Of a stretch of 64,000 bases of DNA, positions 16,468 to 27,169 are shown one piece after another. This DNA comes from an uncultured delta proteobacterium (lineage in GTDB: Bacteria; Myxococcota_A; Polyangia; Polyangiales; Polyangiaceae): positions 1,088,001 to 1,152,000 of the forward strand of contig CAWJCS010000006.1 of the NCBI GenBank assembly GCA_963841435.1. The letters run 5' to 3'. Within the stretch, counting starts at the first letter, position 1. Every line of letters begins with the position of its first letter. Position numbers and translations under genes: made by a program. The notes beneath the pieces are model-generated. The model saw only the letters and a list, made by a program, of their open reading frames with translations. It was not told where the DNA came from and did not search any database.

Positions 16468-17117
16468 CAGCCTTCCCGCGCGAGAGCGCGTCGAGCTTCT
16501 CGAGGAGCGTCACCAATGGGTGCACGCACCGCACGGCGCGCGGTCGGTTGTCGGTGTATCCGCCGAGTTGGTCGCGCCGCTCCAGCCAATCGTGGACGAA
16601 CGAGCTGAGGGGCTTCTCGACGAAGGGCACCACGCGCGCGCGGCCGATCTCGAAGAACACGTAGGGGCTCATCGCCTCTGAGAGCTGGTCGAGCAGCACG
16701 CCCGGGTATCGGCCCACAAGGTTGATCCCGCGCGCGTACTTGTCCTGCGCCTTCTCGTCGATCTCCACCTTCACGGAGGGGATGGAGAACGCGCCAGGGA
16801 GCGCCTCGTAGAAGGCGCGCCTCGCCGCGATCGGCCCCTTGTTCACGCTGGTCCAGTTGGCGACGGCGGGCAGGCCCGTGACGGTCCCGTGCTGGACCAT
16901 CAAGTCGAGATCTTCGGAGAAGCGCTGGATGACGCCGTAGCCCTTCGAGAGGCTGGTGCCACCCTTGAACCAGAGTTCGAGCCCCGTCTGGTGCAGGGCC
17001 CACATGCAGTGCGTGACCCAGTAGTCCTTCTCAACCAAACGAAGGGTCGATGCGCGTTTCGCCTGCGACGAGCCGCAGCACCTGCACGAAGTCAGGGTCA
17101 TCGTGGACGAAGCTCAC
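16466..17117 (-). pseudogene. AbiEii/AbiGii-family nucleotidyltransferase toxin, frameshifted (~17040) and truncated by IS
   Basis: VEKDYWV, FKGGTSLSKGYGVIQRFSEDLDL, TLLEKL; sequence ends at the IS boundary. Confidence 0.85.
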
Positions 17118-17245
17118 GTGCCGTGCGCCTCCCTCGAACCCACTCGCGGATCGCCCTGCAAGCCTCGTCAACGGGGATGCGCGGCCCCCAGAACTTCCCC
17201 AGTTGCGCGCCAGCGTTTGCTCGACCACCGTGGCACGAGCCAGCT

Positions 17246-17382
17246 CGACTTCACTAAAACCGCCTGGTTCACGTGAGCGGTAGACCTAGGTTTTTTAGTG
17301 AAGTCGCCGCGTTGGCCGGGCAGCAAGGTTTACTGAAATAGGCTTGCTTCACCTTCGGGTGAACTCATGCTATTTAGTGAAG
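17246..17382. promoter_or_regulatory. Inverted-repeat operator array (TTCAC/GTGAA) between divergent AbiE-like units
   Basis: CGACTTCACTAAAA (17246)/TTTTAGTGAAGTCG (17293); TTCACCTTCGGGTGAA (17348); TTTAGTGAAG (17373). Confidence 0.6.
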
Positions 17383-17383
17383 C

Positions 17384-18433
17384 ATGGCCGTTCGACCTAA
17401 GGAAAAGCAGCTCGTTGCGGAAGTTCCCGCGGCGCTGGCGAGCCTCCTGGACGTACCCCAGGAGGACGTGAACGTCGAGGCTGGGAGCGAGGCTGACCTG
17501 CTCGTGAGCGCGGCTGGGCACTCCTTCGTGGTCGAGGTGCTCGGTGCCGCGTCGCCTGGTGCGCTGGCGGCCCACGCCTCGCAGGTGGCCGCTGCTGCCC
17601 GCCGCCAGGGTCGAAAGGCAGTGCCGCTCCTGGTGGTGCCCTTCATGAGCGACGCGGGGCGCAGGGTCTGCGAGGCCGCGAGCATCCCGTGGTTCGACCT
17701 CAGCGGGAACGCGCACATCGTCGCGCCCGGCATCCGGATCATCGTCGACGGGCGGCCCAATCGCTTCCGTGGGCCGGGCCGCCCAGCGAGCATCTTTGCG
17801 CCCAAGAGCGCACGCGTCGTGCGCTGGCTGCTCGAGAACGAAGGTCGCCCCCTCACGCAGCGGGAGATCGCGCGCGCGACCGACATGACCGACGGCTTCG
17901 TCAGCCGCATCGCTTCTCGTCTTGAGGATGAGAGCTACGTCGTACGCGAAGCAAGCGGCGCGCTCCGCGTGAAGGACCCGGCGCTCCTTCTCGATGCGTG
18001 GCGCGACGAGTACCGCTTCGACAAGCATGTGCTCCTCCAGGGGCACGTCGCCGCGCGCTCGGGTGACGCGCTCGCCCGCTTCGTCGGCGACACGCTCGCG
18101 GAGGGCTCGGTCGAGCACGCAGCCACCGGCCTCGCAGCGGCTTGGCAGATGACGCACTTCGCTGCGTTTCGCATCGCGACGTTCTTCCTCGCCGAGTCCC
18201 CCTCGAAGGAGCTGCGTGAGAAGCTCGGCTTCCGCGAGGACGCCCGCGGTGCGAACCTCTGGCTCGTGCTTCCGAGCGATGCCGGCGTGTTCCACGGAGC
18301 CGAGACACAGGGCGGCCTGCGCTGCGTCCACCCAGTGCAGGCCTACGTCGATCTCAAGGCGCACCCCGAGCGCGCGACAGAAGCGGCCGAGCGTCTGCGA
18401 AGCGAGCTGCTGAGCTGGAGGCATGATGGCTGA
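17384..18433 (+). CDS. Type IV TA antitoxin, AbiEi-like (wHTH)
   Basis: WFDLSGNAHI, LTQREIARAT HTH, LLDAW, VHPVQAYVDL...ERATEAAE. Confidence 0.75.
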   Translation: MAVRPKEKQLVAEVPAALASLLDVPQEDVNVEAGSEADLLVSAAGHSFVVEVLGAASPGALAAHASQVAAAARRQGRKAVPLLVVPFMSDAGRRVCEAASIPWFDLSGNAHIVAPGIRIIVDGRPNRFRGPGRPASIFAPKSARVVRWLLENEGRPLTQREIARATDMTDGFVSRIASRLEDESYVVREASGALRVKDPALLLDAWRDEYRFDKHVLLQGHVAARSGDALARFVGDTLAEGSVEHAATGLAAAWQMTHFAAFRIATFFLAESPSKELREKLGFREDARGANLWLVLPSDAGVFHGAETQGGLRCVHPVQAYVDLKAHPERATEAAERLRSELLSWRHDG

Positions 18434-18960
18434 GAAACCCAAGCACGCGTCGGAGTACAAGAGCGAGCAGGTCGAGCTCGTTCGCGCGATGTGCCTCTAC
18501 GTCTCCACGAAGCTCGGCGACATGATGGACGGCGGACTTCGCGGCGATCATCGCCCCGGGGCTGCGCTGCGCGTTCCGGGATCGCAAGCAGGTGACCCTC
18601 AAGGGAACGACCTTCTTCGGCGAGAAGGCGACGCGGGACATCTGGGTGTGCGACGCCGGCGCGTACGTGGTGCTCAAGGCTCTCGCGTTCGACAGCCGCG
18701 GCGAGAACAAGGACGCCTACGACCTCCACTACGTCGTCCGGAACTACGGCACGGGCCCGACCGACGTCGCTTCGAAGCTGCAACCGCTGCTCGACGATGC
18801 CGACGCCCGGCGCGCACTGACCATCCTGAAGCGCGACTTCTCTGAGCCAGACGCGGTCGGGCCGATGCGGGTCGCGGCCTTTGTCAGCGGTGGAAAGGAC
18901 GAGCAGCTTCAGGCGGATGTGGTTGGCTTCATAGGCCAGCTGCTGGTGACGTTGCACTGA
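18426..18960 (+). pseudogene. Nucleotidyltransferase-like partner of AbiEi with internal deletion
   Basis: N-terminus breaks at ~18530 before any catalytic motifs; C-terminal VVLKALA...KDAYDL is in another frame. Confidence 0.65.
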
Positions 18961-19368
18961 CCCCATCGCGGGACAATGCGAATCCGAGAGAGCGTCCCGG
19001 TTCGTGCCGCCCAGCCGTCTGGATTCGCAAGCATTTGCAGTCTCGGGACAGCGCGAGCGGAGAGAACCCGTCCCACCGAGAGCCACAAAGAGCGGTTCGC
19101 AACCAGCTCTCCATGCAGAGCCAATTTTGCCCAAGGCCAATCGCCTTGGGCGCCAGGTTCACAAAGGGCCTCGTCGAGATGATCGGCGAGGCCCTTCGCT
19201 TCTTGCCGTTGTTTCGCGGGGCTTTGCGCGTGGTCGGCGATCGGCGCGCTCGCGGTCGCCTGCGATGCCCAGAGCACGAGGTCGCGCGCGAGCGGCTTCG
19301 CGACGGCCGAAGAGCGGCTCTGAGGGGCAGAGAGCCGGGCTCGGCTCTGCGAGTCGGATTTAACAGCG

Positions 19369-19569
19369 CGCGGCTCTGAGTTTTACAGCTCGGCGCTTGC
19401 CGACCGGCGACCCGTTGCTTCACAGCACGTACGTCGTTGATGTCGCTCGCGTTGTCGTCGTTCGCGGCGATGGTCAGAGCACGGGCGCGAAATTGATCGC
19501 GTCTGCCGTTCGGCTTCTGCCTGCCGAAACGGCTCTGGGTTAGCAGGAGCTGTAAAGCTCAGAGTCGCG
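19369..19569. repeat. 23-bp imperfect inverted repeat pair ~200 bp apart
   Basis: CGCGGCTCTGAGTTTTACAGCTC / GAGCTGTAAAGCTCAGAGTCGCG, 2 mismatches. Confidence 0.65.
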
Positions 19570-19679
19570 GAGCCGCGAAGCGGAACAGCGCCTCGGCGTG
19601 AGGGCCTCCGTCCAGCAGCCGGCGCAGTGCCCAGGCTGCCACCCAAGCAGGTGGCGCGGCCGACTCGTCAACGACGGCC

Positions 19680-19930
19680 ACCAACGCTGTGGCCGGTGAT
19701 CACGCTGGACTCGCAAACGCTGGGACCCGTCGTTGCGGAGGAGATCGTCGTCGTGGATCGACACGAGCTCGCCGCGGGCAAGCTCGCCGCGCTCTGCTCC
19801 CGGAACGCGAGCCGCGACATCTTCGATGCGCGCGAGCTGCTACGTCGCGATGACATCGACCGCGGGAAGCTGCGCCTCGCGTTCGTGGTCTACGGAGGTC
19901 TGAATCGCAAGGACTGGAGGAGCGTGCGTA
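19680..19930 (+). pseudogene. Internal fragment of an AbiEii-family toxin
   Basis: HELAAGKLAALCSRNASRDIFD motif; no N-terminus. Confidence 0.7.
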
Positions 19931-19964
19931 CGCGTTCCCCTAGCGGATGCCAGCCTGTTCGCCG

Positions 19965-20432
19965 GCTGAAATCATCGTGATCGACCTCGACGATAACCGC
20001 CTCGAGGTGGCAAGGTCTCTCGGGGCCACGCAGGTCGTGAGCAGCCGCGACGGCAAGGCGGTCGACCGGGTCCTGTCGCTCACGAGCCAGAAAGGCGTCA
20101 ACGTGGCCATCGAAGCGGTGGGTCTCCCAGTGACGTTCGGAATCTGTCAAGACATCGTGGCAGCGGGCGGACACATCGCCAACATCGCAGTTCACGGCAA
20201 GGGCGTCGAGCTCAAGCTCGACAAGCTCTGGGATCGCAACGTCACCATCACGACGCGGCTCGTTGACGCGATCACGACCCGGCTGTTGCTCAAGAGCGTG
20301 CTCTCGGGAAGGCTCGCTCCACGGAAACTCATCACCCACGAGTTCGAGTTGGACGAGATGATGAAGGCCTATGACACGTTCGGAGATGCCGCAAAGGAGA
20401 GGGCTCTGAAGGTGATCATCCGGGCTCCATGA
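19965..20432 (+). pseudogene. C-terminal fragment of zinc-dependent alcohol dehydrogenase
   Basis: IIVIDLDDNRLEVARSLGAT, AIEAVG, LITHEF, ALKVII; N-terminal half missing. Confidence 0.8.
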
Positions 20433-20533
20433 GTGCCGGATTTCGCATGCGGGGCGCACTCGACGCTGCTCGTCGGCGTAGACCCGAGCGCGCGATGGTG
20501 ATGGAGTCCATCGGAATGCGATCGGACCGGGCG

Positions 20534-21226
20534 ATGAATAGACACATCGAGCGTCACTATGCAGCCCGAATTGGTTGGCTGAGAGCGGCCGTGCTCGGGG
20601 CCAACGACGGCATCGTCTCAACGGCAAGCCTCGTCATTGGCGTTGCGGCTGCGAGGGCGGCTCGGGCGGACGTGATGGTCGCGGGCATTGCCGGACTCGT
20701 GGCTGGCGCCATGTCCATGGCAGCCGGGGAATACGTGTCGGTCAGCTCGCAGGCCGACACGGAAAAGGCAGACGTCGACCGCGAGCGACGCGAGCTTGCT
20801 GCCGCGCCTTTGCGGGAACGCGAGGAGCTTGCCGCCATCTATGTTGGTCGCGGGCTCGATGAGTCGTTGGCACGCGCGGTAGCCGAACAGCTGATGGGCC
20901 ACGATGCGCTCGGGGCCCATGCTCGGGACGAGCTCGGGCTCTCGGAAGTACACAGTGCTCGTCCGGTCCAGGCGGCGCTGGCTTCCGCATCGACCTTCGC
21001 GGTCGGGGCCGCGGTGCCGCTGATCATCGCGTTGGTCAGTCCATCTGCCGCCCTCATCGGCCCGGTGGCCGGCGGCTCTCTTCTCGCTCTTGCAGCGATG
21101 GGTGCATTGGCTGCACGCGCCGGAGGAGCGCGGATCTGGATTGGAGCGGTTCGCGTCCTGCTCTGGGGAGCCTTGGCCATGGCCGCAACCGCTGCCGTGG
21201 GCGCGATGTTCGGCGCGACGGGCTGA
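20534..21226 (+). CDS. VIT1/CCC1 family iron/manganese transporter
   Basis: WLRAAVLGANDGIVS, AMSMAAGEYVSVSSQ. Confidence 0.93.
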   Translation: MNRHIERHYAARIGWLRAAVLGANDGIVSTASLVIGVAAARAARADVMVAGIAGLVAGAMSMAAGEYVSVSSQADTEKADVDRERRELAAAPLREREELAAIYVGRGLDESLARAVAEQLMGHDALGAHARDELGLSEVHSARPVQAALASASTFAVGAAVPLIIALVSPSAALIGPVAGGSLLALAAMGALAARAGGARIWIGAVRVLLWGALAMAATAAVGAMFGATG

Positions 21227-21351
21227 GGCAGAACGCAGACACTGCGAAGTGTCTTTGCTCGAGGCCGTCCGCGCCTGCCGAGGGGCGGTGTTGGCAGCCT
21301 CGTGCATCGAATCCCGTTCTCGGGCAGGGTAACCACGTCGAGGACGAGAAC

Positions 21352-21780
21352 ATGAAGAAGTCGGATGCGGGTCAAGGCCAAGCGGCATCGGTGCTCATCT
21401 CGAATAGAATCGCCGAGCTCGGGGACTGGCGTGGGAAGACCCTCGCCAAAATGCGCAAGCTCATCAAGCAGGCCGACCCGGACGTCGTCGAGGAGTGGAA
21501 GTGGATGGGCACTCCGATTTGGTCGCACGACGGCATCATCTGTACCGGCGAGTCCTACAAGAGCGTCGTGAAGCTCACGTTCGCCAAGGGGGCGTTCTTG
21601 AAGGATCCGGCCCAGCTCTTCAACTCGAGTCTCGAGGGGAACGTCCGCCGCGCGATCGACATCCACGAAGGAGAGAAAGTCGACGAGGCCGCCTTCAAGG
21701 CGCTCGTCCGCCAAGCGGTCTCTCTCAACGGCTCTCGCAAGGCGAAACCTTCGAAAAAGAAGAAGAAAACGAAGTCCTGA
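21352..21780 (+). CDS. DUF1801 (YdhG-like) protein
   Basis: DWRGKTL, VVEEWKW, FAKGAFLKDP, FNSSLEGNVRRAID. Confidence 0.88.
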   Translation: MKKSDAGQGQAASVLISNRIAELGDWRGKTLAKMRKLIKQADPDVVEEWKWMGTPIWSHDGIICTGESYKSVVKLTFAKGAFLKDPAQLFNSSLEGNVRRAIDIHEGEKVDEAAFKALVRQAVSLNGSRKAKPSKKKKKTKS

Positions 21781-21915
21781 CCGTCCAGCGGACACGGCCG
21801 GACAAAGCGCCCGCCTGCCTCACGCGACGGGTCGGCGCGCCGTGCTGCAAATGAGAGGCCGTGCGCCAACGGTGAAAAGACTGGCGCCGCGCGTGTGGCA
21901 CGTTCGCACGCCACG

Positions 21916-23035
21916 ATGCAGAGGTCTTTCGAGTCAAAAGTCGGTCGCGGCGCCGCGGCGCTCTTCTGGGTGTTGGGCTGTGCGGGCGCGACGCTCGCGA
22001 GTTGTGGGGGCTCCGGCGCGAAGAACCCCGTGTCGGAGACGGGCGGGACCGGTGGCAGCGGTGGCAGCGGTGGCTCCGTCGGTCCTCTCGAGCCCCCGCC
22101 GGCCCCTCCCACGAGCGGCGTGGCAGCGCCGGGCGGGAGCGTCGCGGCTCCCAATTTGAAGGTTTTGCCGTGGGCCGGCTTCGCGGCAGCCATCTCCTAC
22201 ACCTTCGACGACTCGCAGCCCTCGCAGCTCGAGCACCTGGCCGAGCTCGAGGCAGCCGGCGTCCCGATGACGTTCTTCGTCAACCCGACGAACAACTGGC
22301 AGTCGGGCTACGACGCGGCCTTCACCGACGCCGCCGCTCGGGGCCACGAGATCGGCAACCACACCTGGACCCACTGCCACGCCACGCTTTCCGACTGCAC
22401 GCCGGTCGGCACCGCCGAGGAAGAGATCGACAACACGACCGAGTACGCCGCGTCTCACTTCGGCGTGCCGGCCGTCTACTCGTTCGCGTCGCCGTTCGGC
22501 GACACGGGCTGGGACACGTACGCTTCCACGCGCTTCCTCGTGGGTCGCGGCGTCCCGAACGGGATGGTGTCGGCTACCGGCGTGTCGGATTGGTACAATC
22601 TGCCGTGCATTCCCGTCGCCGAGGGCCAGACCGAAACGGACTTCGACGCTGCGATCGACAGCGCAAAAACCCAGGGTCGCTGGGGCATCTTTCTTTTTCA
22701 CTCGATCTTGCCGACCACGAACAACTGGTACGCCGGCGTCGAGCTCGCCGACGTCACGGGCAGCATGGCGCACGCAAAGTCGCTCGGGGACGTCTCGGGT
22801 CGACACGATGGGGACCATCGCCGCCTATGTTCGCGCGGAGCAGATCTTCGAGGCGCTGCCGCCGAGCAGCGACCGCTGGTCCTGGACGCTGCCGAGCCAC
22901 TTTCCACCCGGCAAGGTGCTGCGCGTGACGGTCAACGGCGGAACCCTCAGCCAGGGCGGCGAGCCGCTCGCGTGGGACGCGCACGGCTACTACGAGGTGG
23001 CGCTCGACGCGGGGTCGCTCTCGTGGAGCCCCTGA
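21916..23035 (+). CDS. Polysaccharide deacetylase lipoprotein (frameshift ~22796)
   Basis: Lipobox LASC; SYTFDD, HEIGNHTWTH; C-terminus continues in the 22808-23035 frame. Confidence 0.8.
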
Positions 23036-23068
23036 GCGCGCCCTCCGGCCGCTCCTCGCGCTAGCGGC

Positions 23069-25144
23069 TCACGGCTGCCGCACGAGAACGAGCACCTCGC
23101 CGGGAGGTACGTTGCGGATCTCGAGGTACGCGGGGCCGGCCGCGCCCGGGCGCTGCACGCGGACCTCGGAGCCGACGCGGTGCGAGCCCGTGAAGGGGAT
23201 GCCGGCAGCGACGGCGGCCGCCTCGGCCGTGTTGGCGCGTACCGTGAACGGCGTTCCGGCCGACCAGAGCTCGGCCGAGACGATGATGTCGCCGCCCCGC
23301 AGGGCGCCGTCTGCGCCGTTCGGGTTCACGACCAAGACCGCCTCCTGACGATCGAGCAGGCGTGACCAGGCGACGAGCTCGCCCTCGACGGGGAACGCGA
23401 ACTCTGGCGCGATCACGCGCGTCTGGCGAGCGTACTGTCGTCCGACGCGCAGCACGATCTCCTCGCGGCGGACGCGCAAGAGCGCCTTCAACCGAACGTA
23501 GGCGGGGCTTTCGGGATCGAAGCAGTGCTTGCCGAACGTGCCGAAGGGTCCGAAGCCCGGCAGCCCGGGGTCCAGCATCGTGAGCTGCGTCGCCAGATCT
23601 TCGGAGAAATCGGCGCGCGGGTGCGCGGGGCCGAACATTGCCTCACGCAGGTAGCGATCGCCGTGGTTGTTGCCGTCGTTGTACCCCTCGGCCAAAAGGA
23701 AGGGGATCTGCGAGTGTGCGGGGCCGGCGAAGGCTTGCTCGGTGCCGTAGTAGATGCACGGGATGCCGAGCGTGAAGAGCTGGAACGCCGTTGCGGCGAC
23801 GATCTGGTGGTCCTTGACCGACGCGTCGTCGGGTATGCCGGCGGAGAAGCGGATCTTTTCGCCGGCGACGTGGTCGTGGTCGTCGAGGATCGAGACGTGA
23901 CGATCACCGAAGCTACGATGCGATTCGAAGCCCTCGCTCGCGGCTTTGAAGCCGTCGAGGTAGACGCGCGCGGGGACGAGCCCCTTGGCGACGCCCTGCA
24001 GGTTCGTCCGCGCGCTGCCGATGTCGAGCGCTGCGTCGAGGTTTCTCTGGAGCACGGCGAGGTTGTCGAGCACGAAGTCCTGAAAGCCGTCGCCTCCCGC
24101 GATCTCGCCCACGAGCAAGAACCGCCGCTTGCCGATGCTGTCGGCGAATTCCTTGATGGCGCCGCAGAAGTTGCGCGCGTCCTCGAGGGCGACGTGCTTG
24201 ACGGTATCGAGGCGAAAGCCGTCGCAGTCCGTCAGCAGGATCCAGTACTTGAAGCAGTCGGCGAGCACCGCGAGCGTGTCGCCGACATCGAGGGCGAAGT
24301 CCTTGAGCGCGAAAAAATCGGTGCGCTTGTGCTCCGCGTGGGGGTCGGCAATGTCGCTGTCGCCGAGGCCACCCTTGCCCGCACGCGTGTACGCCGCGGG
24401 GCGTTGGAGCTCGCGCGGCCACACGCCGTCGTCTGCGTTCACGAGTGTCGCCCCGTCGGTCGTGAAGCCCTGCTCGAGCTCGTTGCGCCAGGCGAGGCGA
24501 TAGTCGCGCGTCGCCGGGTTTTCGGGGTTGCCGTAAAAGTCGGGGAAAGGGCGAAACGGCGGTTCGTTGAACGCGCTCGCGAGCGGCATGCCGGGCGCCA
24601 CGTAGCCCCAGTTGTCGCCCGAGTGATTGAAGATGATGTCGAGGATGACGCGGATGTTGCGAGCGTGAGCCGCCTCGACGAGCGCGATGAGATCGGCGCG
24701 CGTGCCGAAGCGAGCGTCAACGTCGAGGTAGTCCTGCACGCCATAGCCGTGAAAGGTGTCGAGCCGGACGCGCTGCTTGAACACGGGCCCCACCCAGATG
24801 GCCGTGATCCCGAGGTCGGCGAGGTAGCCGAGCTTGCTCGTGATGCCGCGGATCGTGCCCCCCTGCCAGCGGAGCCCGGAGCTCGCCCAGCTTCGCCAGT
24901 CGATGTCGGGGCGGCCCGGTGCGCTGCGTAGCGCGCGGATCTCGGCGCGGTCGAGCAGCGGCCGACCGGCTTCGTTCCCGTCGCTGAAGCGGTCCGGCAG
25001 GAGGAAGTAGAGCACCTCGTCGCGCCAGTCGACGGGCGAGGGGAAGTAGCGGATGCCGTCGCGCCGTGCGCGATCGACGAGGGCGCGCACCTCCGCGGTC
25101 GTCGTGGGCCGCGGGCTCGTAAGAAGATCACCGGGATTTGCCAC
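23069..25144 (-). CDS. GH13 alpha-amylase family glycosidase
   Basis: LDIIFNH, DGFRLDTVKH, GEI, DDHD, GIPCIYYGTEQ. Confidence 0.92.
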   Translation of the reverse strand: MANPGDLLTSPRPTTTAEVRALVDRARRDGIRYFPSPVDWRDEVLYFLLPDRFSDGNEAGRPLLDRAEIRALRSAPGRPDIDWRSWASSGLRWQGGTIRGITSKLGYLADLGITAIWVGPVFKQRVRLDTFHGYGVQDYLDVDARFGTRADLIALVEAAHARNIRVILDIIFNHSGDNWGYVAPGMPLASAFNEPPFRPFPDFYGNPENPATRDYRLAWRNELEQGFTTDGATLVNADDGVWPRELQRPAAYTRAGKGGLGDSDIADPHAEHKRTDFFALKDFALDVGDTLAVLADCFKYWILLTDCDGFRLDTVKHVALEDARNFCGAIKEFADSIGKRRFLLVGEIAGGDGFQDFVLDNLAVLQRNLDAALDIGSARTNLQGVAKGLVPARVYLDGFKAASEGFESHRSFGDRHVSILDDHDHVAGEKIRFSAGIPDDASVKDHQIVAATAFQLFTLGIPCIYYGTEQAFAGPAHSQIPFLLAEGYNDGNNHGDRYLREAMFGPAHPRADFSEDLATQLTMLDPGLPGFGPFGTFGKHCFDPESPAYVRLKALLRVRREEIVLRVGRQYARQTRVIAPEFAFPVEGELVAWSRLLDRQEAVLVVNPNGADGALRGGDIIVSAELWSAGTPFTVRANTAEAAAVAAGIPFTGSHRVGSEVRVQRPGAAGPAYLEIRNVPPGEVLVLVRQP

Positions 25145-25312
25145 GAGAGTCTCCGCTTCACCGGGGCCCGTGCTCGACCCCGCCTTCGCTCTTTTACCCT
25201 CGAAGGTTGGTCGCTGTCGCCGCCGGCGGGATGGGATCTTTTTCTCGGTTCCGCGCAGGTTTCGGCGCCTACCGCGTCCGCGCTCGGCCGCTTGGCCGGG
25301 CAGCGAGGTCCG

Positions 25313-25729
25313 CTACGAGAGCCCGACGGCGTGCGCCCACTCGGGCGTTGGCTCGACCAGCCGGCGCTCGTCGAGGTGGAAGAGACCGAACGTGAAGAAG
25401 GCCTCGCAGGCGGGCGTCCCGTCGGTCTTCACCATCGCCTGCCGCATCTTGCCGATCTTCCGCTCGTAGCCGACGAGATCCGTCTGGATCACGACCGTTT
25501 CGCGCGGGGCGAGCTCCCGCAAAAACTTCATCTCCACCTCGAGGATCGTCGGGCCGGTCCGCGTCCGTTTGATGGTTTCGAGCCCGAACCCGCGCCCGAC
25601 GATGAGGTCCCAGCGCGCCTGCTCGAAGAGCTCGAGATAGCGAGCGTTGTTCATGTGGCCGAACGAGTCGAGGTGGGATTCGCTGATGACGATGGTCTTC
25701 TCGTGAAGTGCCGGCATGTGAGGCGCCAT
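25313..25729 (-). CDS. Acyl-CoA thioesterase (4HBT/YbgC-like)
   Basis: LDSFGHMNNARYLELFEQAR. Confidence 0.88.
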   Translation of the reverse strand: MAPHMPALHEKTIVISESHLDSFGHMNNARYLELFEQARWDLIVGRGFGLETIKRTRTGPTILEVEMKFLRELAPRETVVIQTDLVGYERKIGKMRQAMVKTDGTPACEAFFTFGLFHLDERRLVEPTPEWAHAVGLS

Positions 25730-25938
25730 AGCATGCTCTGCGCCCTCCGCCGGGAGGCCGCTCGGACGCAACGTCGCGATCAGGTCGAGATCGACCCGGC
25801 AGCGCGCCGAATCCCTCGCGCGCCGAGCCGCGAATCTCGCGTGGCTGAAGGAAGGCTTCTCGCACGCGAAGGAGGAGCGGGCGCTCGGCGCTCACCGACA
25901 CGCGTTCTTGGGACGCATTCCCCCCGTACGTCAACGCG

Positions 25939-26090
25939 TTGCGCAACGAGGCGCTCGCGTTCCCCGGCCAGGTGGCGCTCGTGCACGGTGACGCGCACTA
26001 CTTCAAGCTCGACATGCCGCTGAGCGGCCCGGCGGGCGGAGTCGTGCCGAACTTCACGCGAGTCGAGACCTTCGGGGCGCGCAACACGCC
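25939..26090 (+). pseudogene. C-terminal remnant of a metallophosphoesterase-like gene
   Basis: VALVHGDAHYFKLDMP...NFTRVETFG. Confidence 0.4.
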
Positions 26091-26115
26091 GAGGCACCGG
26101 GTGGCCCCGGCGAGG

Positions 26116-26466
26116 CTACCAGCTGCTCATCGCGCCGAGATCGTGCACCGCGGAGTAGCCGGCCGTCTTGAGCAACCCGCCGGCACGGCTGCTCCGGTGG
26201 CCGCTCCGGCAATAGACGACGATGGGCCAATCCTTGGGCCCGATCTCGGTCATGCGCTGCTCCAGCTCCTGCACGGGGACGTTGACGGCCTTCGGAAGAT
26301 GTCCGGCCGCGAACTCGGCGGGCGTTCTCACGTCGAGCAAAAGGGCGCCCCCCTCGACGAGCTCGTGGGCCTGGGCCGAGCTCACGTCGCCACGGCGCGC
26401 GAAGAACAGGTAGCCGAGCACGAAGAGGACGAGGAGGGCGGCGCCGAGCTGCAAGGGCTTTCGCAT
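26116..26466 (-). CDS. Rhodanese-like sulfurtransferase with N-terminal anchor
   Basis: LLDVRTPAEFAAGHL, VVYCRSGHRS. Confidence 0.92.
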   Translation of the reverse strand: MRKPLQLGAALLVLFVLGYLFFARRGDVSSAQAHELVEGGALLLDVRTPAEFAAGHLPKAVNVPVQELEQRMTEIGPKDWPIVVYCRSGHRSSRAGGLLKTAGYSAVHDLGAMSSW

Positions 26467-26711
26467 GGGGTTTTGGGGCTCCCGGGGAGCCATCGTCCAT
26501 GAGAGGCGGCCGCGGGGCAAAAGGGTTCGAAAAAATCGAGCAGGCCCTGTCGTGGCGAGCGGCCCCGCCGCGTCTCCCTCGCGGGACCCTCTTCACGGGG
26601 CCCCATCTCGAGGAGAAAAACGATGACCCAGCCTTGCGCGACCGACGGTTCGGGCGGGAGCGCCATGTTGAAGCTCGACGAGGGGCCCTTCGCGGCGACG
26701 GACTCGGGACA

Positions 26712-27104
26712 CTAACCGAGCTTCGCGAGCACGCGCGCGAGCTTTTCCTTCACGCTCCCGGCAAGCTCCGAGAGCTTGGGGTCGTTGGCGCGCCACACGG
26801 ATTCGATCGGATCGACGATCGTGACGACGCTCCCCCCGCCGTCCTTCTCGTAGACGACGACGTTGCACGGCAAGAGCAGCCCCGCGTCGAGGTCGAGCTC
26901 GAGGACCTGGTGCGCGAACGGGGGATTGCACGCTCCGAGGATCTTGTAACGCCGAAAATCGACGCCGAGCTTCTGATTGAGCGTGCTCTTCACGTCGATC
27001 TCCGTGAGCACCCCGAAGCCCTCCGACTTCAGCGCCTCCGTCACGCGTGTGATCGCGTCGTCGAAGTCCGCGGCGAGAACGGTTTTCATGCCTAGCTGAG
27101 CCAT
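26712..27104 (-). CDS. DUF302 family protein
   Basis: GFGVLTEIDV, YKILGACNP, LLLPCNVVVY. Confidence 0.92.
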   Translation of the reverse strand: MAQLGMKTVLAADFDDAITRVTEALKSEGFGVLTEIDVKSTLNQKLGVDFRRYKILGACNPPFAHQVLELDLDAGLLLPCNVVVYEKDGGGSVVTIVDPIESVWRANDPKLSELAGSVKEKLARVLAKLG

Positions 27105-27169
27105 GTTCCTCCTTCGTTCGGTCGTTTCTCGTCGTTTCGCTGGTTCGACCCGCACGCGGGCGAAAGGGT

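Noticed and set aside
19000-22000. Distal att site closing a second island
   Set aside because: No further copy of the tRNA 3' end found by eye; boundary left undefined
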